DNA of 64,000 nt from Planctomycetota bacterium (GTDB lineage: Bacteria; Planctomycetota; B15-G4), in NCBI GenBank assembly GCA_038212275.1, contig JBBQUR010000016.1, forward strand, positions 32,001 to 96,000, read 5' to 3'. Shown here piece by piece: positions 18,245-27,755 of this stretch. The position numbers and the translations under genes were made by a program. The first letter of the stretch is position 1. The number at the start of each line of letters is the position of its first letter. Below the pieces are notes generated by a model that saw only the letters and a list, made by a program, of their open reading frames with translations, searched no databases and was not told where the DNA came from.

Positions 18245-19573
18245 ATGAAGCGGCTGCTGGCGGGCGCGCTCGTCGCCGCGCCGCTGGGGCTGGTCGTGGG
18301 TTCTGCCTGCGCGCTCTTTCTGTGGTCGCTCGATCGCGTGACGACGCTGCGCTGGGAACACCCGTGGCTGCTGTACCTGCTGCCACTCTCGGGTCTTGCG
18401 GTCGGGATGCTCTATCACGCTCTCGGCCGTTCGGTGGAGGCCGGCAACAACCTGCTGATGGACGAGATCCACGAGCCGGGCGCCGGAGTTCCCAAGCGCA
18501 TGGGGCCGCTCGTACTCATCGGCACGCTGCTCACGCACCTGTGCGGCGGCTCGGCGGGGCGCGAGGGCACCGCGGTGCAGATGGGCGGCAGCATCGCGAG
18601 CTTCGTGTCGCGTCATGTCGGCCGCTTCGTCGCGCGATGGCAGCCGGAGGGGAGCGAGCCCTTCGTCGACGCGCGCACGCTGCTCATGGCGGGCATCGCG
18701 GCAGGCTTCGGCGGCGTCTTCGGCACGCCGCTGGCCGGAGCGCTCTTTGCCCTGGAGGTGCCGACGATCGGGCGCATGAGCTACGCCGCCGCGATCCCGT
18801 GTCTCGTCGCCTCGGTCACCGCGGATCTCGCGTGCGCCGCATGGGGCATCGAGCACACGCAGTATCGCGCGCTCATCGGGCCCATCGCGGAAAGCGGCCA
18901 CGGCCTCTCGTGGTGGTTGCTGGGAAAGGTCGCGCTGGCCGGCATCGCGTTCGGCCTCGCGAGCCGGGCGTTCTCCGGGCTGACGCATGCGCTGCAGCGC
19001 GGCTTCGCGGCGACCATCCGCTGGCCGTACGCGCGGCCGGTCGCAGGCGGACTGATCGTCATCGCCCTCGTCCTGCTGCTCGGCACGCGCGACGATCTCG
19101 GCCTTGGCGTGCGCTCGCCGCTGCCCGGTGCGGTGACGATCGAGTCGGCGTTCCGCGAGGGCGGCGCGCATGCGTGGAGCTGGTTCTGGAAGCTGGTCTT
19201 CACCGCCGTGACGCTCGGCTCCGGCTTCAAGGGCGGCGAGGTCACGCCGCTCTTCTACATCGGCTCGACGCTCGGCCAGTCGCTCGCGTTGCTTCTCGCG
19301 GTGCCCGTGGCGCTGCTCGCGGCCGTCGGTTTCGCGGCGGTCTTCGCGGGCGCGACGAACACGCCGCTCGCCTGCACGCTCATGGCCGTGGAACTCTTCG
19401 GTCCCGGAGACGTGGCGTACTTTGCCGTCGGCTGCCTGGTGGCCTACGTGTGCAGCGGCCACACGGGCATCTACGCGTCGCAGCGCATCGCCCGCTCGAA
19501 GTTCGGCAGCGCGGCCGTGCCACCCGGCACCTCGTTGCGCGATGCGGGCACGCGCCCGGGCGGCCGCGCATGA
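18245..19573 (+). CDS. CLC-family fluoride/proton antiporter (CLC-F clade)
   Basis: CLC-F signatures GNNLL, GREGT and GEVTP. Start could be as far upstream as 18119. Confidence 0.88.
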   Translation: MKRLLAGALVAAPLGLVVGSACALFLWSLDRVTTLRWEHPWLLYLLPLSGLAVGMLYHALGRSVEAGNNLLMDEIHEPGAGVPKRMGPLVLIGTLLTHLCGGSAGREGTAVQMGGSIASFVSRHVGRFVARWQPEGSEPFVDARTLLMAGIAAGFGGVFGTPLAGALFALEVPTIGRMSYAAAIPCLVASVTADLACAAWGIEHTQYRALIGPIAESGHGLSWWLLGKVALAGIAFGLASRAFSGLTHALQRGFAATIRWPYARPVAGGLIVIALVLLLGTRDDLGLGVRSPLPGAVTIESAFREGGAHAWSWFWKLVFTAVTLGSGFKGGEVTPLFYIGSTLGQSLALLLAVPVALLAAVGFAAVFAGATNTPLACTLMAVELFGPGDVAYFAVGCLVAYVCSGHTGIYASQRIARSKFGSAAVPPGTSLRDAGTRPGGRA

Positions 19574-19692
19574 GCACACGACACACGACGCGCATGACAT
19601 GACGCTGCCCCGCACGGGCGCCTGGTGCGCCGCGTGCGGGGCAGGTGTCGGGTCCGCGGGGCCGCCGGAGCGGCTGCCGCACCGATCGGCAG

Positions 19693-22683
19693 TTACTGGA
19701 TCGTGATGAGCAGGCCGTTGGTGGCGGCCTTGCCCTTGGCGCCTGCCGGGTCCAGCAGCCAGTGCTGCAGGGTGATCTGCATCCCGATGATGCCCGGCGT
19801 GTTCGGCAGCGCGCCCATGACCACCGTCGTGCCGCCGGGACTCGTGATGAGGCCCGCGGTCGCAAGGACATTGCCCACCAGGAAGGTGCCGCCCAGCGCG
19901 GGAATCGCCACCTGATCCGTGCCGATGAACAGCGTGCCCGGCGCGGCGGGCTTCGCGCCGCTCGTCATGAGTGTCACGGAGCCGCCCGGCGTGGCCGAGC
20001 CGCTGCCCGCAAGCGCGGGAGCGATGCCGCCCTGCCCCGGCGTGCCCGCGCCGTACGGGATGAACTGCCCGCCGCTGACCGGCCCGAGCGACAGAACCTG
20101 GAAGTCGTCGATGTTCCAGCCGCCGTACTCGACACCGCCGTCCGAGATGAGCTCGAACTTCACGGACACCGACGGGTTGTTGTCGGCGATGGCGGAGATG
20201 TCGAAGTCCTGCGCGATCCAGCTCGTGTCGAGCAGGTCCGTGGCCGACGGGTTGGTGAAGACGATGGTGTTGTTCACGTACACCCGCGCCAGATCGAAGA
20301 TGCCCTTCTCCACGTTGAGCCAGCGCCGGAAGCGCAGGCGCGTGCCGGTCTTGCCGCTCAGGTTGAACGTCGGCGAGGTGAGGTTGTTGTTCACGTTGGG
20401 CTGGTAGATGCCATTGAAGCCCGCGAGGCCGAGGTCATTGCCCCACACGCTCGATCCGGAGTACGCCGTCGCCGGGTCGGTGGAGGCTCCGTTCGGGCTG
20501 CCGTGATTCCAGTCGTCCTGCGTCGCGATCTGCTGGTGGACCCAGCTTTCGTCGCTCACCGGCTCGAAGTCGTAGAACTGGTGCACGGTGACCGTGCCGA
20601 CGTCGTAGCTGAGGAAGTCCGTCGGCGCCTTCGCCGGGAAGCTGTTCCCGTTGCTGGCGAGGTCCGTGGCGCGCACGTAGTAGCCCACGACCGCCGGCGA
20701 GACCTGGCCGGGAATCTGGCCGCTCCACGTGTTGCCCGAGACGAAACTCATCGGCACGGACGAGAAGTTCGCGCCGCCGTTGGTGGTGTAGAAGAGCTTC
20801 ACCGCATTCAGCGCGGCGTTCGCTTCGACGACGGTCGCGTTCACCGTCACCGCGCCCTCGCTGTTCACCGGGCTGTTCACCGGCGTGACGCTCACCGTGA
20901 ACAGCGGCAGCGTGAAGCCCGGGAAGCCCTGTTCCTTGAAGGCGGCGTCGATGGTGGTGTAGTTCGGCGTGCCGTTGTTCAGGTTGCCGTCGTTGTCGTC
21001 GAGCATCAGCCAGTGATCCTCGATGATCGACTTGATCTGCGAGTCGTTGAAGGTCTGGAACCACGCCAGCAGATACTGGTTGGCAAGCGCGCTGCCGGCC
21101 GGCGCGCCGAGCGAGGTCTTCAGGTTGCGACGCACCTTCCAGATGGCGCCCATGAGCGGTTCGCCGTCCGCGTGCACCTCGCCGTAGCAGCCGGGATTGC
21201 TGTCGCCGCAGAAGGCGCTGGTGTTGTCGCCCGTGCGGATGTTCGTGCCGAGGCCGAAGAAGTCCTGCGCGACGACGGGATTGTCGGCGATGTACATCGA
21301 CCAGCAGTCCGCGCCGCCTTCGCCGAAGCCGTCGCCGCCGTTGCCCGAGCCGTACAGATCGTTGGCCCAGTGGCCCTCTTCATGCCACACCACCGTCGAG
21401 TACGAAGTGTTGGGGCAGCCGCCGCCCGCGAGGAAGAAGTTGAGCGAGCCTCCATCGTAGAAGGCGTTGCAGGTGTCGGCCTCGTTCACGTTGGAGAGCA
21501 GCTGGAAGTCGAAGGACGTGTCACCCGGATCGAGGCTGCGGACCCAGTCGCGGAAATGTTCGACGCTGATGTGCGCGTTCACCTCGGCCGTCGTCTGCTC
21601 GGACAGGCTCTGGTTCAGCATGAAGTTCTGACTCACGCCCGGGGCCAGGGTCAGCGCCACCGAGGACTCGCCGCCCGCGATGTTGTCGACGCGCGAGTAC
21701 ATGCCGTTGAAGCTCGCCGTCACGAGCTTGGACGTGTTCGTGCCGGCAAAGGTGAAGTTGCCGTTCGCATCGCTCAGCTGGTTGGGCTCGCCGGCTGCGA
21801 CGAGCCGCACGTCCTTGAGATTCTGGAGCACCTCGGGGGCGCCGCCGTCGGGCAGCAGGCCGGCCTGGGCATTGCCCTGCACCTTGCCGACCAGGTCGCC
21901 GTGCACCAGTGACCAGCTGTCGAGCACCGCGGGCGTGCCGCGCGCCGAGACCACGTACTGGCGGATCACCGGCAGTTCGCCGGTCCTCGGGTTGTAGCTG
22001 GCGGCCAGCTTGAACTCGTACGCCGGCATCGCGCGCACCGCGTTCTTGCGGGCGTCGGGCTTGCCGGGGAAGAGCACGTAGCCCGCGGGCTCCACGCTGA
22101 TGGCCGCGACACCCGTGTCGGCGGCGAAGGCGGCCTGCGCGGCCTGCGCCGCCGCGCCCAGGGTCACCGTCGGATCGAGCTTGACCTGCGCGACGTGCGG
22201 CAGGCCCTGGTTGTCCAGGCCGAGCAACCGGCCGTCTGCGGAGAAGAGCAGGTTCACGTAGCCGTGGTGCGTGGGCACGCCGTCAACGACCTGGTGAAAC
22301 TTGACGACGATCTTGTCCGTCCCGCCCGCGCGCGCGAGCGGAAGCTGCTTCACGCGATCGAGCACCAGCGTGTCGGCGTCGTAGCCGAGGGCTGCTGCCA
22401 TCTCGTTCACGAAGCTGCGGCTGGCGACAACGAGCGCCTCGGGCGAGAGCGCGTTGGCCGGCACCAGCGGCAGGTTGCCGCCGAAGATCAGTCGCGGCGC
22501 ATTGGTCTCGTGGGTCCAGCGCACCTGCCACTCGGGACCGTTGTCCGCCTGGAAGCGGCGCATCGTGCTGCCCGGATCGAAACCGGGAAACGTGCTGGCG
22601 TCGGCGGGATCAGCCACCTGCGCGAGCGTTGCGGCGCCCAGGAAGGCAGAGGCGAAGAGTGCGGACAGAATGTGTCTGATCAC
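19693..22683 (-). CDS. Secreted M4/M36-like zinc metallopeptidase with propeptide and shared C-terminal module
   Basis: GTG after GGAG; signal peptide; FTP-like propeptide (VKFHQVVDGVP); CNAFYDG, HEEGH, downstream GEGGAD, EVHADG; jelly-roll-like domain ending GWNIDDF. Confidence 0.85.
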   Translation of the reverse strand: MIRHILSALFASAFLGAATLAQVADPADASTFPGFDPGSTMRRFQADNGPEWQVRWTHETNAPRLIFGGNLPLVPANALSPEALVVASRSFVNEMAAALGYDADTLVLDRVKQLPLARAGGTDKIVVKFHQVVDGVPTHHGYVNLLFSADGRLLGLDNQGLPHVAQVKLDPTVTLGAAAQAAQAAFAADTGVAAISVEPAGYVLFPGKPDARKNAVRAMPAYEFKLAASYNPRTGELPVIRQYVVSARGTPAVLDSWSLVHGDLVGKVQGNAQAGLLPDGGAPEVLQNLKDVRLVAAGEPNQLSDANGNFTFAGTNTSKLVTASFNGMYSRVDNIAGGESSVALTLAPGVSQNFMLNQSLSEQTTAEVNAHISVEHFRDWVRSLDPGDTSFDFQLLSNVNEADTCNAFYDGGSLNFFLAGGGCPNTSYSTVVWHEEGHWANDLYGSGNGGDGFGEGGADCWSMYIADNPVVAQDFFGLGTNIRTGDNTSAFCGDSNPGCYGEVHADGEPLMGAIWKVRRNLKTSLGAPAGSALANQYLLAWFQTFNDSQIKSIIEDHWLMLDDNDGNLNNGTPNYTTIDAAFKEQGFPGFTLPLFTVSVTPVNSPVNSEGAVTVNATVVEANAALNAVKLFYTTNGGANFSSVPMSFVSGNTWSGQIPGQVSPAVVGYYVRATDLASNGNSFPAKAPTDFLSYDVGTVTVHQFYDFEPVSDESWVHQQIATQDDWNHGSPNGASTDPATAYSGSSVWGNDLGLAGFNGIYQPNVNNNLTSPTFNLSGKTGTRLRFRRWLNVEKGIFDLARVYVNNTIVFTNPSATDLLDTSWIAQDFDISAIADNNPSVSVKFELISDGGVEYGGWNIDDFQVLSLGPVSGGQFIPYGAGTPGQGGIAPALAGSGSATPGGSVTLMTSGAKPAAPGTLFIGTDQVAIPALGGTFLVGNVLATAGLITSPGGTTVVMGALPNTPGIIGMQITLQHWLLDPAGAKGKAATNGLLITIQ

Positions 22684-22895
22684 GAACGGGCTCCAGAGTG
22701 GGAGAGACGGCGGAGTGGGGACACCGGGATGGGTCTGGGGCGGTCGCTGGTGGCCAGGCGGCAGCCGCATCGGCGTTCGGGCCGAGGTCGCGGCACTCTA
22801 ATCGCGCGTCGTGGATCCGGCTACCCTCGGTGTCACCGTTGCCTCAGCTTTTTTGAGAAGCCGGGGTCGGCAGCGGGCGCCTTCGCGTCGCGCGC

Positions 22896-23315
22896 TCAGG
22901 GCCGCGAGGCGAGCATGGTCATGGCGGTTCCGAGCGCCGACGTGATGAGCACGAGTCCCACGAAGATCTCCGAGGCGCGGTGGTGGGCGCGACGCGCGTC
23001 CTGGCCGGTGCCGACGTCGCTGGGCCGTGTTCCGCGGGCCAGCCGGATGCCGGTCCACACCACGAAGGGCAGCGCGAGGAAGGTGGCCGCCACGGCGCCC
23101 ATGTGAATCGTGTGCACGACAGACGAGGTGCCGTCGAAGACGAGGCCGCGCCCGAAGGTCTCCGCACGCCAGATGGCAATGGCGAGGCAGCCCAGAAACA
23201 GCGCGACGAAGCGGTAATGCACCGTGCGCCGGTGCGTGACTCCCGACCAGATCACGCCGCCCAGCGCCGCGACGGTGCCCAGCAGCGACAGCACGAGTTG
23301 CCAGGCGAGGCTCAC
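22896..23315 (-). CDS. Small 4-TM membrane protein, His-rich, DUF420-like
   Basis: Four hydrophobic segments with His at helix ends (HRRTVHY, HTIH, AHHR); directly downstream of topA. Confidence 0.6.
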   Translation of the reverse strand: MSLAWQLVLSLLGTVAALGGVIWSGVTHRRTVHYRFVALFLGCLAIAIWRAETFGRGLVFDGTSSVVHTIHMGAVAATFLALPFVVWTGIRLARGTRPSDVGTGQDARRAHHRASEIFVGLVLITSALGTAMTMLASRP

Positions 23316-23337
23316 GCGGTCACGAGCCGTCTGCGTG

Positions 23338-26247
23338 TCACGTCGGCTTCGCCGGCTTGACCGCGGCGGGCGCGCCGACTGGCTTGACCTTCTTGCCGGC
23401 CGGCTTCGAGGCCGCCTTGCGGGTCGTCTTGCGGGCCGTCTTGCCACGCGCGGCCTTCTTGCCTGCGGCCGCGGACGCGCCCTTCGCGCGGCCGGCTTCG
23501 GCCTCATCACCGGCCCCGGCCTCGGCCCCGGGCTCGGCGTCATCGCCGGGCTCATCGTCGTCCGCGCCCCGGGCGCCGACCTTGCCGGCGCGCGCCTTGG
23601 GAACCGGAGGAGCGAGAGCCTGGTCGGGGTGCTCCCTGCAGAGCATCGTGCCGTCGGGCCCGGGCTCGGTCATCGCGGCGCCGCAGAGCTTGCCGGTGCG
23701 CGACTCGTGGAGGCAGGTCGGCAGGTTCAGCGTGCCGCGGCACTTGGGGAAGCCCGGGCAGGCGAGGAACTTGCCGCGCCGGCTGCGCTTCACATTCATG
23801 ATCCGGTTGCAGAGCGGGCAGTGCACGGTGCTTTCCACCGGCCACAGCGGCTCACCGGTCGTGGACACCGAGACGGCGCCCTTGCAGTCCTTGGTCTTGA
23901 AGCCGGTGCAGGCCAGGAAAGGCCGGCCCCAGCGGTTCACCTTGCGCTCCATCGGGCGCCCGCACACCACGCCCGCCTCGTTCTTGGCGCGGCATGTGTG
24001 TTCGGACAGCTCTGCCGCCGCGGCGCGCATGCCGGACAAGGGCACGTTGTTGCTGCAGTCCGGGTAGCGGCTGCAGCCGAGGTAGGCGCCGCCGCGGTTG
24101 AAAAGCACGACCATCGGCGCGCCGCACACCACGCCGGTCTTCTCGTCCGGCTTGCTGCACTTCATGTCCGGCACGACGAGCGGCCGGGCGCGGTAGTGCG
24201 CCATGCCGTCGCGCGCCGCTTCGAGATCCTTCTCGAAGGGCTCGTAGAAGTCGCGCACGACGGTCTGCCAGTCCTGCTTGCCCTCGGCGATCTCGTCGAG
24301 GTCGTTCTCGAACTTGGCGGTGAACTTCGTGTTGACGATGTCGCCGAACTGCGGCTCGAGCAGGTCGGTCGTGACTTCGCCGAGGTGCGTGGCGAAGAAG
24401 GCGTTGCGGCGGCGCTGACGCGGGCCGGCGAAGGCTTCCTCGTCGTCCGTCGCGGCGGTGGGCTCGGCGCCGGCCTCGCCGTCGCTGTCGGCGCGGGCTT
24501 CGCTGGTCGCGCCGTCCGCGCCCGAGTCTTCGCTGCCATCCTCGAGCTTCGTCCTGCCGGGCGAGTCGTCGGCCCCTTCATCGGGCGGCGCGATCACCGC
24601 GCGTTCCGGATGGAGCATCAGCTCGCGCAGCTTCTCCTGGTCGGCTTCTTCGCCGTGGTCCGCGTACTTGCGGTCCACGATCGTGCTGAGAATGGAGGCA
24701 TACGTCGAGGGGCGGCCGATGCCGTGCTCCTCGAGCGACTTCACCAGCGAGGCCTCGGTGAAGCGCCGCGGCGGCGTGGTGAAGTGCTGGCTGGGCACCA
24801 CGCTCTTCGGCGTGAGGACCTGGCCTTCCTTCAGCGCGGGCAGACGTTGTTCCTCCTCGCTGTCGGCGCCGTAGACCTGCGTGAAGCCGGCAAACGTGGT
24901 GACACGGCCGCTGGCCGCGAAGAGCGCGCCGTTGCGCACGAGTTCGAGCGTGGTCACGAGGTACTCCGCCGGCGCCATCTGGCAGGCGATGAAGCGGCGC
25001 CAGATGAGGTCGTAGAGCTTCCACTGCTCCTCGTTGAGCGCGTGGCGGACGGCGTCCGGCGTGCGGAAGGGGTCCGTGGGGCGGATGGCCTCGTGCGCCT
25101 CCTGCGCGCCCTGCTTGCTGCGGAAGCTGTTGGGCTTCTCGGGCAGGAAGCGCTCGCCGAAGCGGCCCCGCACCAGCTCGCGCGCCGCGTCGCGGGCGGT
25201 CTGCGCGATGTTGAAGCTGTCCGTGCGCATGTAGGTGATGAGACCGACGGCGCCTTCACCCGGCAGTTCGATGCCTTCGTACAGCGTCTGCGCGACGCGC
25301 ATCGTGCGCTTGGCCGTGAAGCCGTAGCGCCCGGCCGCGGCCTGCTGCAGCGTGCTGGTCTTGAAGGGCGGCTTTGCCGACACCTTGCGTGGTGTCTGCT
25401 TCAGGCTGCTCAGCGTGAATGGACCGGCCGGCACGCCCGCCGCGGCGACGAGCGCCGCGCCCTGCGGCACCCCGTCGAGCGGCCAGTTCGTCCGCGCTGC
25501 GTCGACGGTCACCGAGCGGTCCGGCAGCACCCTGGCGAGCACTTCGCGGGCGTCGGCCTCGGATTTCAGCTCGCGACCTTTGCCATCCAGTTTGCGGAAC
25601 TCTGCGGTGAAATTGTCCGCCTCATCCGCGCCCGTATTCTCGACGTGGAATTGCGCTGCAAGCCGCCAGTACTCCTCGGGCACGAAGGCGCGGATCTCGC
25701 GCTCGCGGTCCACCACGAGCTTCACGGCGACCGACTGCACGCGGCCGGCGGAGAGCCCGCGGGTCAGCTTCTTCCAGAGCAGCTCGGAGAGCTGGTAGCC
25801 CACGAGACGGTCCAGGATGCGGCGCGCCTTGTAGGCATCCACGAGACTGGCGTTGACCTTGCCGGCGTGGTCGAAGGCCTCCTGGATCGCGCCCTTGGTG
25901 ATCTCGTGGAAGACCACGCGGCGGATGTCCAGGTTCTTCGTCTTGTTGCCGACCAGCAGCTCGACGAGGTGCCAGGCGATGGCCTCTCCTTCGCGGTCCG
26001 GGTCGGTCGCCAGATACAAGGTGTCGGCGCCGACGAGCGCCTTGCGCAGCTCGGTCACGACCTTGGCGCGATCGGCGATCGGCTCCCAGTCCATCTCGAA
26101 GCCCTTTTCGGGGTTCACGTGGAGGCCTGACCGAGGCAGGTCGCGGACGTGCCCCATGCTGGCCTTGACCGTGAAACCGGGCCCGAGAAAGCGCCCGATG
26201 GTCTTCGCCTTGGCTGGCGATTCGACGATAACCAGCGGTTTGGACAA
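23338..26247 (-). CDS. topA: DNA topoisomerase I
   Basis: LVIVESPAKAKTI, ATDPDREGEAIAWH, SAGRVQS, GLITYMRTDS, AHEAIRPT, GIGRPSTYA; Zn ribbons and a Lys-rich tail. Confidence 0.98.
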   Translation of the reverse strand: MSKPLVIVESPAKAKTIGRFLGPGFTVKASMGHVRDLPRSGLHVNPEKGFEMDWEPIADRAKVVTELRKALVGADTLYLATDPDREGEAIAWHLVELLVGNKTKNLDIRRVVFHEITKGAIQEAFDHAGKVNASLVDAYKARRILDRLVGYQLSELLWKKLTRGLSAGRVQSVAVKLVVDREREIRAFVPEEYWRLAAQFHVENTGADEADNFTAEFRKLDGKGRELKSEADAREVLARVLPDRSVTVDAARTNWPLDGVPQGAALVAAAGVPAGPFTLSSLKQTPRKVSAKPPFKTSTLQQAAAGRYGFTAKRTMRVAQTLYEGIELPGEGAVGLITYMRTDSFNIAQTARDAARELVRGRFGERFLPEKPNSFRSKQGAQEAHEAIRPTDPFRTPDAVRHALNEEQWKLYDLIWRRFIACQMAPAEYLVTTLELVRNGALFAASGRVTTFAGFTQVYGADSEEEQRLPALKEGQVLTPKSVVPSQHFTTPPRRFTEASLVKSLEEHGIGRPSTYASILSTIVDRKYADHGEEADQEKLRELMLHPERAVIAPPDEGADDSPGRTKLEDGSEDSGADGATSEARADSDGEAGAEPTAATDDEEAFAGPRQRRRNAFFATHLGEVTTDLLEPQFGDIVNTKFTAKFENDLDEIAEGKQDWQTVVRDFYEPFEKDLEAARDGMAHYRARPLVVPDMKCSKPDEKTGVVCGAPMVVLFNRGGAYLGCSRYPDCSNNVPLSGMRAAAAELSEHTCRAKNEAGVVCGRPMERKVNRWGRPFLACTGFKTKDCKGAVSVSTTGEPLWPVESTVHCPLCNRIMNVKRSRRGKFLACPGFPKCRGTLNLPTCLHESRTGKLCGAAMTEPGPDGTMLCREHPDQALAPPVPKARAGKVGARGADDDEPGDDAEPGAEAGAGDEAEAGRAKGASAAAGKKAARGKTARKTTRKAASKPAGKKVKPVGAPAAVKPAKPT

Positions 26248-26360
26248 GGGTTATGTCATCCGGGCGAGGGCAATGAGCACGACGGGCAGGTCGCTGACAT
26301 AGCGGGGCCTCCCGGGCATAGTCAAGCGAAAGGCGAATTGCACCCCCCTGGGCCACCTCC

Positions 26361-26385
26361 TCGCGGCCTCCTTCGGAGGCCGCGA
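26361..26385. terminator. GC hairpin between the SGNH gene and topA
   Basis: tcgcggcctcc-ttc-ggaggccgcga, 11-bp perfect stem; no canonical U-tract. Confidence 0.4.
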
Positions 26386-26549
26386 AAATCCTTGAGGACG
26401 GCCGCCGATCGGCGGGCCGACCGGCCGACCGGCCGGCAAGCGAAGCGGCCAGACAGGCGGCCAGCGGGTGGAGGCGGGACGATCCGCCCGGAGCACGAAG
26501 CCGCGGTCTCCTCGCCCGGGGCAGCACGCGCGCATCCCGCTCCGCGCCG

Positions 26550-27755
26550 TCAGTGCGCGGGCAGCAGCGGCTCCAGCGCCGCCGCGAGCGCCGCGCCGGC
26601 GATGCGATTGGCGGCCGCATTCAGGTGGTGGTCACGCGGGTTGGAGACCCAGTACTGCGCGAGAAAGTGTTGCCGCTGCTCCTCGGTGACCGGAGCGCCG
26701 CCGCGCCCCTCGTAGTCGGCGATCTGGCGCTCACGCTCTTCGAGAAAGGCCGGGAGCAGGTCCACGTACGGGATGTCGAGCCGCTTGCAGGTCTGCGCGA
26801 GTGCAGCCACGGGCTGCTCGAACAGGTAGGGATCGAGCTGCTCCATCGCCGGCAGGTGCGCGACGAGGAGCGTCTTGCCGTCGGCGCGCACGAGTTCCGC
26901 GAAGCGCTCCACGTCGGCCAGCGCGCGCGCCTGGTTGTCCGGATGGGCGGCATCAAAGGCGCTGCGCACCGCGTCGCTCGACCCGAGGCGCGACACGACG
27001 GCGCGGTACAGCGCCGAGCGCCACAACCAGCCCTTGAGCGCGAAGGGCAGCGGCAGCGGATCGACGTACATGACCGCGAGCGACGCATCCCAGAGAAAGG
27101 TGCCGCGCGCAAAGTCATTGGGAAAGAAGACCAGCACGATGACGTCGACGTCGGCGAGCGCCGCTCGCTGCGTCGCGTAGAACGCCGCCTCCTGCGCGGT
27201 GCCGTAACCGCAGGTGCCGAGGTTCAGCGGAAGGATCGCGCCACCGAGCGCCGTACTCACCTGCGCCGGCAGCGACTCCTCCGCGCGCAGTCCGAGCCCG
27301 TACGTGGTGCTGTCCCCGAGAAACGCGACGGGCGTGCGCGCCGCACGGTCCGCGCCGTCCGCACGGTCTGCGCCGTCCGCGCTGCCCGTCGTCTGCATCA
27401 CGCGCCAGCCGCGCTCGTCGTGGCGATACTCGATGCCGTCGATCACGGTGGCGGCGAGCGGGCGGTTGGTGAACGAGAGCGCGGCGTCCGACACGGAGAC
27501 GAAGAGGTTGGCTGCATTGAACGCCGCCTGATGTTCCGTCGCGGCGCCGCGCGAGAGATCCACGAGGCCTCCGACGCGCACGACGATCTCGAGCGCGACG
27601 AGCAGCAGCGCAAGCAGCAGCAGCGCGAGGCCGATCCGCGAGCGGCGTCGGTTCGTGCGCGGCGTTGGCTCGTGCGGCTCGTGCGGCCCGTGAGGCCCGT
27701 GCGGCGCGTGCGGCGCGGAGGCCGCACCGCCGTCGGGTCGCAGCGCAGCGGACAT
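26550..27755 (-). CDS. Membrane-anchored SGNH/GDSL hydrolase
   Basis: TM helix; FLGDSTTYG, NLGTCGYGT, FFPND, DHHLN. Confidence 0.85.
   Translation of the reverse strand: MSAALRPDGGAASAPHAPHGPHGPHEPHEPTPRTNRRRSRIGLALLLLALLLVALEIVVRVGGLVDLSRGAATEHQAAFNAANLFVSVSDAALSFTNRPLAATVIDGIEYRHDERGWRVMQTTGSADGADRADGADRAARTPVAFLGDSTTYGLGLRAEESLPAQVSTALGGAILPLNLGTCGYGTAQEAAFYATQRAALADVDVIVLVFFPNDFARGTFLWDASLAVMYVDPLPLPFALKGWLWRSALYRAVVSRLGSSDAVRSAFDAAHPDNQARALADVERFAELVRADGKTLLVAHLPAMEQLDPYLFEQPVAALAQTCKRLDIPYVDLLPAFLEERERQIADYEGRGGAPVTEEQRQHFLAQYWVSNPRDHHLNAAANRIAGAALAAALEPLLPAH

Noticed and set aside
24406..24660. Intein in topA
   Set aside because: Too short, and lacks the N-terminal Cys/Ser and C-terminal His-Asn signature.
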